Assembly (NCBI GenBank): GCA_024704765.1
Contig: JAKMXF010000307.1
Coordinates: 62,001 to 126,000 of the forward strand
Origin: Oopsacas minuta
Lineage: Eukaryota; Animalia; Porifera
Direction: 5' to 3'
Length of the DNA: 64,000 nucleotides
The position numbers were made by a program, and so were the translations under genes. Below, piece by piece: positions 28,483-41,677 of this stretch (its first letter is position 1; every line of letters begins with the position of its first letter). Under the pieces are notes generated by a model that saw only the letters and a list, made by a program, of their open reading frames with translations, was not told where the DNA came from and did not search any database.

Positions 28483-29436
28483 ACAAGCGGGTGTCGATTG
28501 CTAGGTCGGTGCGGGACAGCTTAGTGCCTCAGGTTAGCTTAAGTATTAAATAGCTAAATTTGTTGATGATTTTGGTCACTATGCGAACCGGTATCATAAT
28601 CGGGACTATGTGACTAGGAGAAAAATTTTATACTATATAATCTATGTTCTATCCATATTCCATTTAATGACCTTCTGTCATAATACAGGAGCTGGTACGT
28701 GGCTTTAGGTTAGTAATCAGGGCTCTTTATGCCTCTGGTATTTAGAAATTCTAGAATTTAGGACAATTTGAATTTTTTGTATAGTCATGATGGCGTAATA
28801 ATCCATATTGAGACGGGATTTGGTCAAAATCATGACGTAAAGATTGGTAAAATGAGGGTTACCTGTGATTCAATTTTCAAACGTGAATCATGTATATTGT
28901 CTGAGCGGTGCTAACAATTTGATTATTAAAATCCAAAGGTGACAAATGACGTCATAATTTCGTCATGGTTGTGGATTTTCGTCCAAACTCGATAATGTCC
29001 GAGCCAGGTCCAAAATACCCCTGTATTCCAAAATCAGCATTGTGGGTATTGAATCACAGGCACTCCTCAATTTGCCAAATGTCCTGACGTTAGGATTCTG
29101 ACCAAAAGCAAACTCATCATGGGATGATTATGTCATCATGACTGTACAAAAAGATTTGAAATTTCCTAAATCCCAAGACACGAAGTGCCGAGATTACTAA
29201 CAAAAAGCGACATAGCATCTCCAGTGTCACCACAGCATGACATTCAATGTTATTTGGATTAACCATGGATAATAAAATCTTCAAATTTTGACTATTCTGT
29301 GAATTTGAGGTAAGTAGTGCAGAGTATATTCTGTTGCGTAGCGACCAATAACATTATGAAATAAAACTGTTTAATAGTTAAGCATACTGAGGCACCAAGC
29401 TGTCGCGGAGCCGCCTAGCAAGCGAAGAGCGCTAGT
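28483..29436. mobile_element. Non-autonomous foldback-like element with long (~350 bp) diverged inverted arms
   Basis: Outer arms TCGATTGCTAGG...GACAGCTTAGTGCCTCAG / CTGAGGCACCAAGCTGTC...CCTAGCAAGCGA. Inner inverse matches GTTAGTAATC / GATTACTAAC and TTTTTGTATAGTCATGATG / CATCATGACTGTACAAAAA. No TSD resolved. Confidence 0.7.
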
Positions 29437-32289
29437 ATATAAATATATATATACATACATATAGATTAATTGTGTTTTAATAGTATAGAGACACAGTTTC
29501 AAAACTGGGATTTAAGGGCAAGTGTACTATGGATTCTTACTAATTATGGCTGAATTCGAACATACCACCTTAGTCAAACTATTCTATGTCGCGGCCCCAA
29601 AATTTCTTCGTCACAATTCCACGGACCCTTGCATTTGGTCTCATTTAGTAAATACAATTTGTTATAATTATTATTGTATTATATCAGTGTTATCAATTAA
29701 CTCATCTTCATCAGATTCCGAAATGTCTTGACCGTCTGTATGGAGTCTATTACTCTTAGTTAGGTAAGTATCCAATTGTCTTCGCTTTCGTTTGGCCATA
29801 AAGTTCTTTTTCAACGATACCAAATTAAGAACTAAAATAATCATAGATGTTTGAAAGGGGCGCATGCGTTTGTCCGGATTTATAGTAAGCAACTGTCAGA
29901 CTGAAGTATGCATTTGTTCAAATATAGTAAGGCCTGAATGAAGGAAACTGGGAGGGACTAATACCAGGTAAAAGCCTTGGGTTCAGTACAAAGTGAGAAT
30001 GAAAGCCACAACCTGTACAACAAGTATACTAATAACTAATGACAGTATATCCTATACTGTGATTTGTAGTGATAAAATCTCCTTAATCAGAGCCATATTT
30101 ACAACATTTGCAGCCTATCTAGTTAAATGCGGCACTGGAACAATTAAATCGCCACTAAATTCGAATAGAAATCACAGGAAGTCAATTCCCCAAAGAAAAA
30201 TGGGAAAAATCCCAATCCACAATTTAAGCAGGAATAATCCATAATACGAGAAATAGTTCATCCTGAGAGCAATGTGAATTGAAATACTGAATCGACATAA
30301 TTCTGGTATACTGAAGACGCTTTGAGTATATGTCATCTATCAATTATTAGTGACAAAATATCATATGAATGATAATGCTCACTTCTGTCAGGCAATGCAT
30401 ACTACAAAATTCGGACAATTGCAGCTCTCCCATTAGCAAAGGTACAATCTATTTAAACAATATCTATTGAAGTTCTACTTATTCTTAACACAGGATGATT
30501 GTTGCATTTAACGCTGCAAAAAACTTTTCCGTAAATCACTTTCCAAAACCGTTCTGTTGCCCCTTTGCAACCGCCTCAAAAAATCGTGTGACTCACGGCT
30601 AAGCAGTGAGAGTTGGCATCCCTGAAAATCTTTAACGTTGACTGAGTCAGAATCAGTCGAGTACCAGATTCGTATCTGTATGCCGACAATGATACTCAAA
30701 TTTGCACAAAATCAATAGGTTACCCTCCAAAAAGTGTCATTAAAGGAGATTTCTTGTAAGAAAATTACCAGGACAGAAATTTTTGGATAAACCCTGCTAT
30801 AGAATTTTATACACTAAGGCAATGGCTCTCTCTTGTTTTTAAGGACCATTACCCTGGACTTTGAATATTTTAAATAATTGGAATATTGCCTTTCAGTGCT
30901 GTTCTAAAGAACTATAATGCATTTTTGTTATACATAAATAATCTAGGACCACCAAATCGAATTTCAATGAATTATTTAATTAATCAATGATAAAATCACA
31001 AATCATTAAGAAGACAGTACTAGAAAAGTACGTGTATACCCAATCAATAGATAAGAACGACAAATGATTCTTTAATCGTTTGATTTGATTGATATTATGT
31101 ACTCTTCGTTCTCTCATTCGCTGAGCTACAATCCAGTGGAATCTGCAGGGCCGTAGCATCCCACACAGCCAGTTCAGCCAAGGCCAGACCCGATTTTACT
31201 ATAACAATATTAGTTCTATTGCTGAACCTATTTAACACTTTTCTTTTTAACTAAAACCGTTAATAGACTAAGCTTTCAGGAAAGATTGTAATTTTATATT
31301 TTTCCTCACTCGGCTCTGATTAAAATCCATAAAATAGTTACTGTACGACATAATATGCTTACTGAGACCATATAAATTTCAATTCTTGATCTAAATTTTA
31401 TTTCAACAAGGATACTAAGTGAGCTTTAACAAATAAATTTTAACTAAGTAAGAACCATAGGATATTATCCATGACATTGTCCTTAAATACCCCATCTTAT
31501 TTTGATCGTTTATGGCCAAATTATTTAAATATTTTAATAATTTGAAGAGCCAAAGGTGTTGAAATCTTTTTCTATTTCGAATGGAGTACAATTATTGTAT
31601 AATATATTAATAGATCTCTATGATAATATCATAATGTGGGATAAAAGTGGCAGACTCACTTCAAAAGTATATATGCACACCCCACAGTGATTGTTCTTGT
31701 ATCCTGAATGTTTCATCCCTTATTCTATTATATTTTACCTGTACATTGCTCATGGATTAAAAACAATAATATACGAATTCAATACTAGGCCATGGACCCT
31801 ATACTAAAGTATAGTCTTATCAATTATGATATTACATTGATTAGTTATTATGAAATCAACTCATATTATGGTACCTATAGTTTTAGTCCTTACTATTTGG
31901 CTAATTTTTAACCAAGTTACTTTTCAAAATCTCTCAAATCTAGTCACGAATTAATTTATTATCTTCTGTAGGACTAAACTTATCTAATGACCCGTAGTCT
32001 ATGCAAAATATGCCTTGTGTAGTGAATGTCATGTGGTCTCAGAATCGTTTACACTTGAAAGCATACTCATTCGCTTTGAAAGACAGATGCCTTCAAATAT
32101 CCTCTTCAATTTCTTTCGGACCAAGAACCTCTATACCGAATTATACAAACTGTACTAGTACTTGCCCAAAAATAAAGGCGGTCATTGAATACATCAAACA
32201 TTCGAGAACGTGATAAATAATCAAGAACACCATTCTTTGCACGGTTACAAACAATCCAATTCCGCTTACATTTTCCAAGGATATCAGAG

Positions 32290-33064
32290 CAGTGGTGGCG
32301 CACCGGGGAGGGGGCGAACATTCGGTCGCCCCAAAAAAATATTCCAAAGTTTTGATGAAACAATTATTCTAAGGGTGAAGCAAACCTACAATTTCCATTA
32401 GTGTATTCTTGTTTTGCTCATTTTATGATTAAGTTTTTCCAGCAAAGGTAGTAGGAAAATACTGGTTTCGGCTGTTATTTATAATGAAAGATTTTGGTAT
32501 TTTCACAGTATTTACTTATAGGAGAGCGGCTCAAACAACCACACATAATCCATTAAAATACACATCGTAGCACCATTAAAAACGATGTACCGCCCATGTT
32601 TGTATGAAAATATAGATAATAAAGTCTTATAGTCCAAACGTCCAATTATAGTGATAAAAATATACGACTGTATTTCGAGAATACACCAATCAGAGCATCG
32701 TATATTGGATCGTGATTGGATCGTAGAAACTTTTAGAATTTAGGATCGACCAGGGAACGCCGATGATAATTTCAGCAAGGATCTGGGGCAAGTTCTTGTT
32801 ATTGAGGATCTTCTCATGCCCTAGTTAAAAGTAGTCATATTAGATAAACCTTTTGAGGTTTATTATTCTGAATATTTAGCAGTAGAAAGTTCTTCTAGTC
32901 CCCGAATGTTGGGGATGATTCTATGTAACACCTCATCCCACAGCAGTATTTCGAGGTTTACGCTTATGCTAGAGCTTATAAGTGTCAGTAAAACAATTTG
33001 ATCCCTGTGCATTGTCAGCCACTATGACAGTCTTCCCTAGAAGAAATTCCTAGCGCCGCCACTG
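32290..33064. mobile_element. hAT-type MITE
   Basis: Ends CAGTGGTGGCGC / GCGCCGCCACTG (1 mismatch); no clear TSD. Confidence 0.55.
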
Positions 33065-33939
33065 CAGGGAAATCGCAAGGAATTTTGACCTAGGGGGCGA
33101 AGAAATTACCAGGGGGCACGAAGTTACCGAGAGGCAGGACGATGGACAAAGTGTTTCACTGATTTAGCAGGAGCTGGAGAACATAAGCCCATATAATAAA
33201 TCAAAATAGACATGCGAGCAGAGTAATCGCTTTCCTAGATAAAAGCTCGAAAAAACTTTGTTGATTAATTTAGTAAAAATTGTCAAGGTCACTTGAGATT
33301 ACTTATGCGCAACAATCAGAAACAAAAATCTACCCAGTGCTCTCTCTAAGCCATTTTGTAATCTAGCCGGCCGGTGACAACTAGATTTGACACGCAAAAA
33401 TGGCCGATTAAATCACATAATTTAGCCGACATCATCCGTTCGGTTATCAAAGACAATACAATTATATAGCATAACATAATTGATAAATACATTCTTAGAG
33501 GTTGAATATATACTTTATTCATTAACATCACTCAAAAATTTCATTGGAACAATTCAAAATTTTCAGAAGACTTAGAATTTACATAATTATGCTATGCTTC
33601 GTGATTACAAATTAAGTTCACCATGTACATAGGTGTTTGTCAGTCAAGGGCGCCGAACTTTCTAAAACTTGAATAATTAGGGGGCTCGCACATATAATAT
33701 CTATGAGCTCTATGTTGCACCAGGCGAGAGTGAGTTCCCATGTCCCCTGATTCAGATCCTATGATTCCAGTATATGCGTCAGAGCCAGTCCTTCGAAATT
33801 ATGAGAACTTACAAACGTCCAGTGGGAAACGCTTTTGGAATTCAATCAGGGGACTATAGTTAGACATCCGCTATCAGGTATCGTATAAACTACATTGCCT
33901 AGCTTGCTGAAGTTTTACATATAAGCAAATGCACTGTAT

Positions 33940-34760
33940 AGCCGCTTATTTACATAACTCTGTCATAAAATGGGTACCAAGCATGAAATTCTCCTCTTAC
34001 ACACAGAATTTCGTTGGCCCTCAAAAGGAAAAGTGTCGCAGCGGTTCTATGAATTGAGAAACGAATTGAAAGAGTTTGTTACAAGCAAGGTAAAAGTGAA
34101 ATGGTGGAACTACTGACTAAAGAAGAACAGATATCAAGAATTGCATACAAGGTTGATGTATTTCCGATCATAAAGATACTAAATCTCTCACTTCAATGTC
34201 CAAACGCAATTGTACAAGATCACGTAGAAAAGATAAACAATTTCTAATGAAACTGGGCATTTGCCTAACCCAAAATCCGCAAAGTTTAAGAGAATCAAAG
34301 TCATCTTTAGAACATTAGTGGTTAATAAACTCTAAGAATTCGTCTTGACAATTTTCAGAAACCTTTTCAACATTGAAGAAAATGTATTTAGAGTCAAAAG
34401 ATGTGAAGTGTGTGAAATATTTAGGAAATAGCGTGATATTTCATTTCTCAGGGTATTCACATGTTTTACCAGCAACAGTTGGAAGTCTTTATCCAAAGGT
34501 AGTTCTCTTGTCTTTCTTGCCGGTATATATTCAGTGGGAACATATACAAATTACTTTGTAAGATTATATATATCAATAAATCCAAGCATCCAGTTTTATC
34601 AGAAATTGTCTTACGAACCCTTATGCCTTTTCCAATCACATACATCTGTTAGACTGCATTTTCCACTCTTCTTACTATAAAATCGAAGTCAAGATATCGG
34701 CTCTGTTTTGCAAAGTTCAAACCAATCGAAGATGGTTGGTGAAATTCCATTGCTTGACAA
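33940..34760 (+). pseudogene. Buster/Charlie (ZBED5-like) hAT transposase relic
   Basis: Manual translation gives LCHKMGTKHEILLLHTEFRWPSKGKVSQRFYELRNEL, AYKVDVF...LNLSLQ and LMPFPITYIC*TAFSTLLTIKSKSR. Confidence 0.8.
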
Positions 34761-35627
34761 ATAATTCTCCCTTTGCGAAACTTGATATCTAGCCTCCATA
34801 TGTAGCCACACCGGTTTCTAATTAGAAATGTCGTAATCAATATTTTCTGATCCAAGTTCGACTTTGTTGAACAAAATTCTCAAAAAGATACACATGTAGG
34901 TTATTAGAACCCTAGTATGCTTACCGAATCTTTGATATCAAAGGGGCCCCAATCTTTCCAACAACTTGAACGCTAGAGGAGGGGACTCGCACAAATTTTT
35001 TTGTAACCAAATGAGAGGGGGGAGCTCGAGCCTCCCCAGCCTCCTTGTTCAGCGCCTACGTTTGGTATTTCTACCAACTCATCGGCTTGTTTTTAATTTT
35101 AAAAGTTTGTATTGTTATGACCCCATAAATGTAAATAATTTACAGTGTAAAATTTTCATTAACCCATAAACGCCAAACATTTTCCTTGTAATATATATTG
35201 GTTTGAATTTTGTGATTGTATACAGGAATATTATGGTATTTAACGCAATGGTTTCGATTGTTCACAACCAGCGCATTTTCCCAGGTAAATGTATTACAGA
35301 TATGTATTACAGCTTTTTAGAATATCATGTTCACTCCAAAATTCAGAAATCTTTGGAAATGTGCCTATTTCTTTGCTTACTAAGCAGTATTTAATAAAAT
35401 TGCTCGATTTTTGATGTCATGTACAAAGTTAAATATTGCATCTTAAATTTCAAGGTCAATATATGATATGATCTAGAGAGGTTTTACTCAACATAAAATT
35501 TGTCATGATAAAGTTGGTACTCTCTTGAGTTATATTAGCGACAATGTATGGCAATTATTTGCCATTACCTACCTATTGGTCGAAAACCTTCAATGATATA
35601 AACAATCATTATTGCCAATTTATAGTA

Positions 35628-35796
35628 CAGTGGAACCCCGCTTAACGGCCACCCCAGAATAGCGGCCACCCCGATATACCGGCCACTTTTTAATGTCCCG
35701 TTTAATATACTATAGAATATAGTTTCTTTCCAAATGTTTCACAATTACGACCGTTTTCTCGGTCCCGAGTGTGATGGTATTTCCGGGGTTCCACTG
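35628..35796. mobile_element. Tigger-type MITE (169 bp)
   Basis: TIR CAGTGGAACCCCG; TA at 35626-35627 and 35797-35798; internal GCGGCCAC repeats. Confidence 0.88.
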
Positions 35797-36264
35797 TATA
35801 TGCTCAATTTCCTATACCCTTTTATAATACATTTTGATCTGATATACGAGGATTATTGCTTAGACATCAATTATGCCATCTATGCTCATATTCGGGATTG
35901 TTCATATTGTGCTTTTTTCATTGTTCATTGTGTGCTTCTATTCAGGATGTTCAGAATGTGTTTTGCAGAATTGTCACATGTAAGAATGGATTTTTTCCTA
36001 TTATATATCATGAAATTTATAACTGGATTGAGTTGCCTTTGGAAAATCCTTAAAAATGGATATAGTAACAGGAAATGACAGCACTGGACTAGAACGACTT
36101 AGCATCAACCAAGACCAGAAATATACACACAGCATCTCTCTATCGTCACCAGAGGCGCTACACTACATCTAGAGGGGGCTGACAATATTTGGGACACACC
36201 CAAAGTCCCCCTAGACAATAATCCGATCAAAAAATTCTTACTTTCAATTCAGCAGAATTCTGCA

Positions 36265-36420
36265 AAATTCATTCTGACAAGTAAAATCTACAAATGTCTA
36301 TTCTGACATTTGACAATTTTACAAAAGCATTCTGACATGTAAAAATTTTACAAAAGTATATTCTGAAATGTTAACATTCATTATTCTGACATTTGACAAC
36401 TCCCAAATTCTGACATGCAG
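36265..36420. repeat. Degenerate tandem array built on ATTCTGACA...AAAA(T)TTTACAAA units
   Basis: ATTCTGAC(A) recurs at about 30-bp spacing roughly six times; likely a transposon subterminal array. Confidence 0.7.
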
Positions 36421-37768
36421 CTTGCCCTTATAAGTAGATAATGGCAAATAGTTGTCATCCATGGTCACTAGTATAACTAAAGAACGTGCCAACTTTATCT
36501 TGACAATTTTTATATTTTGGATACATCATCTCTAGATCTTCTCTTATCCTTGAAATTAAAGGTGCGATAAGTAACGTTGTTCATGTCATCAAAGATGGAA
36601 CAATTTCCGCTAAACAATGCTTACTAAGCAAAGCAAGTGGCAAATTTGAATTCTTTTGCATTTTCTGGATGAAAGCATGATATTCTACATATTTATAATA
36701 CATTTACTTGGGCGAAAATGCACTATTTGTGCGATATCGAAACCATTCAGTAAAACAACAATATTTCCGTACAAGTATATATCCCCAGTCCAAAACTTTG
36801 ATTTAGATGGTAGGCCTTAAACCGAGTAGGTTATGAATCAACATGCTCGATGACTCACTATTCTTTGCTGTTGAAACGCAATTTCTGGCATCCTTGTTGA
36901 AATATATTCCAAAGGTTATGAGTATGATTTATCATGTGATGTATCTGTGAATTTAGAACTTAGTAGCTCTGAAACTCTCAAAATTAACATGCCAACCACA
37001 CTCTCTAATATGTCTTTGAATTATATAGCAATATAATGGTGTCTAAATATGAGTATTCACCAAAATGTGGCAAAGATTCGTACCCAGGTGCAATCTTCAC
37101 CCGAAATAATGTGTACATATTTTGATATTAAACGGATACTTAGACTTAGAAATGCAACGCGAACTTACCAAAGTACGTGCATATGCTACAGATCGTACAT
37201 GACATCAGCGCATCTCCCTATAGGAGTTGTAAAATACACTCTGAATTATATTTCGTTGAAATGTGGCCTTAAGCTAACCTGGAGCACAAAGCTGTCGCGC
37301 AACGACGTAGGAAGCGAACCGTATTCTATTATAACTCAGTTAATCTGTAAATGTGTCTATATATACAGCAGAATCTCATTAATGCGTACACGAGCATACC
37401 TTAGAAATTTGTACATATCCGGAGTATGTATTACCCGGAACAAAATCAATTTATTAACCTTAGTAAGGACCTTATTTTGTGTAAATAGTGTTGGTATTAT
37501 CCGGTAACTTACTTATGGGTTCTAGTGTATATGTTTGTATGGCCAGAAATGATTGAAGAGACTGGAAGACCACCAGTGCTGAATTTTTGGCATACCGGAG
37601 TATTTTGGGCCTGGCTCGCACAGTGGGTTAATGATGGTCTATTAATAGTTTCTATATTATTAATCCCAATTGTTCTTTGTCTGTTTGTTTGTCCATTGAA
37701 TACCTCGAGGACCAATGCGGACGAGTTCATCGCGAAGCTACGAGCCAAAGGCTCGTTCGAGTTTAGAT

Positions 37769-39586
37769 CAGGGGCCGGCAAACCTCCCCGCCAACGGGCC
37801 AAAATAGACCAATTGCATAAGACTGCGGGCCAGATGGAATGCCTTCGAAAAATCGTTTAGATTTTAGTAATTAATCGATTGATTAAGTACCATTAATAGA
37901 CAAGTATTACGTGATGAGATTTAGAATATCCATTTGTTATGACATATATTTTGCATTGTAAAATTAGACGTACAGAAATATTGATGTTAATGTTAATGTG
38001 ATGGATGATGCTGCCCTACTTTAGATAGCGCCTCTATGTGTGGTTTTAGGTTAGAGGTTGCCAATCGTAGCACACTGTCTAGGTGATTTTCGCTTAACTG
38101 TATTCGCAACTGCTTTTTACGTATTTCATCTTCTAGAAGAGTTGTTCACAAACGTATCTACTCCCGAAGAGAACTGCAACTTACTTTGCATGTTTCATAG
38201 TGAAGGAAATCTTTGAGGAGTTATATAATGTTGATAGAATTCGAGTAAAGGTACATCTCGAAATCTTGATCTGAGCTCACTCGAACTTTGGAGCTCAATC
38301 AGTTCCATTTGTAAATTTTCTGGGGCGTCACATATTTCAACATCAAATACGGCGGCAAAGTAGCTAAAATACTTACGATGCTTATCCATATCTGCGAATC
38401 GAGTGTTAAACTGATCTTTGAGATCAGATATGAATTCAGCGTAACAAGAAACATCATATGGCTGGTGTGAACGAAGTATAGGAAAATGAATACAATTACT
38501 CTCTTTCAATTGAAGCTCCCATAGTTGTAACTTAACTTCAAATGCATAAATGTGTTCATAGAGGACATTGATGAACTGGTTCATTCCTTGTATTTCAAAT
38601 TTAGCATATTTAAATGATTAGTGATATCCACCAGAAAGGCAAAATCAGTCATCCATTTCGCATCACTGAGCTCTGGAACTTCCATCCCTTTTTCCTCAAA
38701 AAATTCGTCAATTCAGCTCTCAACTGGTAAACTCTTTGCAACATTGCACCTTTACTTAACCAGCGCACTTCGCAATAATATAACAAATCGCCATATTTGC
38801 TGTCTATCTCTTCTAACATATGCTGAAATTGACGATGATATAATCCTCTTGCACACACAAAGTTCACAATTTTTATGACTACCCTCATTACTTCCTGCAT
38901 CTTCAGAGATTTTGCGCACAAGGCTTCGAGATGGATTATACAATGTGTTTTTACCAGTTTCTTTCAATGCCAGCATTTCTCATTTCTTTTTCTATCAAAG
39001 AAACTGCTCTCTTCACCTTTCCGATCATAGCTGGAGCACCATCTGTCGTTACCCCACAAATATTACTTAGATTTAAGCCCAGGCTACCTACGACACTCAT
39101 GATTCCTTGGAATATATTCTCACCAGTAGTGGTATCCTTTAGTGAAACCAAACTTGCCAATTCTTCTGTAATGTCAAATGTTACATTGATTCCACTCACA
39201 AAAATTGCAACCTGAGCAATATCAGTTGCATCAGTGTTCTCATCAAGTGCAATTGCATATAATTCAAATTGTTGAGCATGCTCTTGTAATGTTGTTCTGA
39301 TATCTGAAGACAAATCTTCAATTCTTCGGGTAACGGTTCTTGCAGACAGACTAATCTTACCAAAAAGATCTCTTTTTTCTGGACATATAATATCAACCAC
39401 ATTTAGAAGACACTCCTTCACAAATTCACCATCAGTGAAAGGTTTCATGCGTTTCCCAATGAGTTCGCTAACAGCGAAACTAGCACGTGTAGTATTTTTT
39501 AACTCAGAAGTATGCTGTAAAATTTCACTCTGTTGCTCAGTTAAAGACCTTTGGAGGGATTCGATCTTATTCCTTCGCGCGGCACC
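37769..39586 (-). mobile_element. SPIN/GTF2IRD2-like hAT, 3' 1818 bp, inverted near-identical copy of 41880-47326
   Basis: Terminus CAGGGGCCGGCAAACC at 37769; ORFs 38195-38584, 38649-38921 and 38951-39619 are the reverse complements of plus-strand ORFs 42882-43271, 42545-42817 and 41712-42515. Confidence 0.95.
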
Positions 39587-41677
39587 GAATTCAAATTTTT
39601 GGAGTGGGGCACACCCCACCCTGTCTGGTGATCGACTGAAGTAACTCTAACTTGATGGGGTTGCTGGCAACCCCACTTGCACTTCCTGCATTCGCACTGC
39701 AGCCCCAAGAGGAAATGCTAGCTACGCCTCTCCGTCCAACTATGTATTCATCAGGAGTGTTATCTTAGCATCTGATTCAGCAGCCGATTCAAATCCCCAA
39801 TAAAACACCTTTTTCTCAAAGATTATTGGTTCTATTTTGAGAATAACCATACCAGTGTAATGAAGAGAGTTGGTACATTCCATATCATCACTCATAATCA
39901 CCAAATTTTACACGATGAGTAAGCAATTTGTGCATTCCATTTGGTCGAGGTTTTTTATTAATATCTCCTCAAATAATTGTGATAATAACTTATCATTTTT
40001 AATCATATTTACATTTCACTTGGTACATTATGTATATCCAATTTGAAATTATAATAATTATTTTTGAAAAAGTTCTGACACCCGAACTTCACATAGGAAT
40101 TACATAGACGACCAGTTTGTACAATCAATAATGAAGTATGTATGACATTACAGCGTACGTAAATTTTGATATGGATTTAGTATCATTTCACTTCTATAGT
40201 TCCAATTCTATTGTGGTTTCTAGATATTAATCAGAAGATATTTGAAATATAATAAATAATACAATACCATTGTAATGACAGTTATCAAACATTATACAAA
40301 ACATTACTTTTTGAATAGAAAAGAGTAAACGAATCGAAAAGTATTACAAGATACTAATTAACCAGATATTACAGTTTGTCTGTCTATCTCTTGTGTAGTG
40401 AACTGATTGATGAACTAATGAGAAATACTGATGAAATTCCCATGTATATTAGGACAGGCTAAACCTGAAACAGGTGGTACTATTTATACAAATCTTTACA
40501 GCTATATAAGGAAGAGTAACAAATGTCTTGACCAGATAAGATTTGAAGAGACGATCAACACTTCGATTTGTAATTATAAATGCCAGAATGGTAAGAGAAT
40601 CGAGGGTTAACTCCAGGACATGGGTCTCCAAATGAATCCTCAAAAAAATAGATAGTTTCTTCTTTCTGATTCAAATTTGTACAAATTGTAAAATAAACGT
40701 TTGTACGAGAGATTCGAAGATGTAATTCCTAGATTGATTAAGATAATTGTAAATATAATAATATAAATTTCATGTTCATTGTTTACTTTAATATTAATAT
40801 ATCTCCCAGAACTTCGCCTATTGGTGTTGTGTTAGTTTCCAAATCCTGCTTAGTATAATCCAGCTTTTTAAGGATAAAAGTAAATTATTCAGATACAAAT
40901 CATTGGTTGCACGTTACTATTGTTATTGTCATGTGTTATGTTATGCACTTTAGCTCTCAAATATGCATCCCTCTAATTCATGAAACATTGATTAGTTCCC
41001 CCCTGAAAATGTATGTATATAAAATAGAATGGAGGTGATAAGAAGATGTGACATTTGTACAGTAGAACTCGATTAGTACTTATTCTTCTCCAAAACGGGT
41101 AATCAATTCTTGCACTAATTGTATATGAAGAATATTCGGATAAGATGTACTTCGTAGTGCGTACAATTGAAATCGGGTATTTTTACACAGAATTATTTCG
41201 TCTCATCGTTTTATTTGCCTGAAAGTGTTGTAAAAATTGTTTTATTCTTAATTGCTATATTAAATAATCGGATATTTTATCTTATCTCATCGGGTTTTTG
41301 TCTTATCGATTTGTTTTTGTGTGAGGATTTGAACAATTGATAATTAGTTCAACTTATTTTGTCCTATAGTTTATTGTAGTTATTTTTTTAATACTGGAAA
41401 AGCACTCTCTAATTAAGGGCTAATAATATGCACCCGTCTTTATTGTCAATTGATGTAATCTGCTATCGTTCACCCACTCGTCTCCACTTGAGCGAAGTCG
41501 TAGCCATATTGAAGAATGGATGAATGGGATGAGTGTGTTAGTGATGCCACACAAATGTTTTCTGACACTATTTGGATTTGATCTCAGCATAATATAGTAT
41601 GTGGAATTGTAGATAAATACATATAATTCAAGTTTCAATACTCAGATCAAATTTTCAAATTCATTGTAAATTAAATA

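Noticed and set aside
31683-31720. Isolated CACAGTG heptamer (another at 37619) as a possible RSS
   Set aside because: No nonamer at 12 or 23 bp and no adjacent RAG1-like sequence; a few such 7-mers are expected by chance.
36265-36420. CRISPR-like repeat array
   Set aside because: Eukaryotic context, degenerate units, and spacers are themselves repeated; it is better explained as a transposon subterminal array.
37525-37860. 111-aa ORF that looks like a Trp-rich membrane protein
   Set aside because: It is stitched from repeat pieces: a piggyBac-like end (...CACAGTGGG|TTAA at 37627), a TTTG/TCTG microsatellite-like Helitron-type segment, and the hAT terminus at 37769. It has no recognisable family and no ATG at the listed start.
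40443-40897. Possible solo LTR (TG...CA, TATA box, AATAAA)
   Set aside because: No matching TSD and no partner LTR or internal sequence; the boundaries are guesswork.
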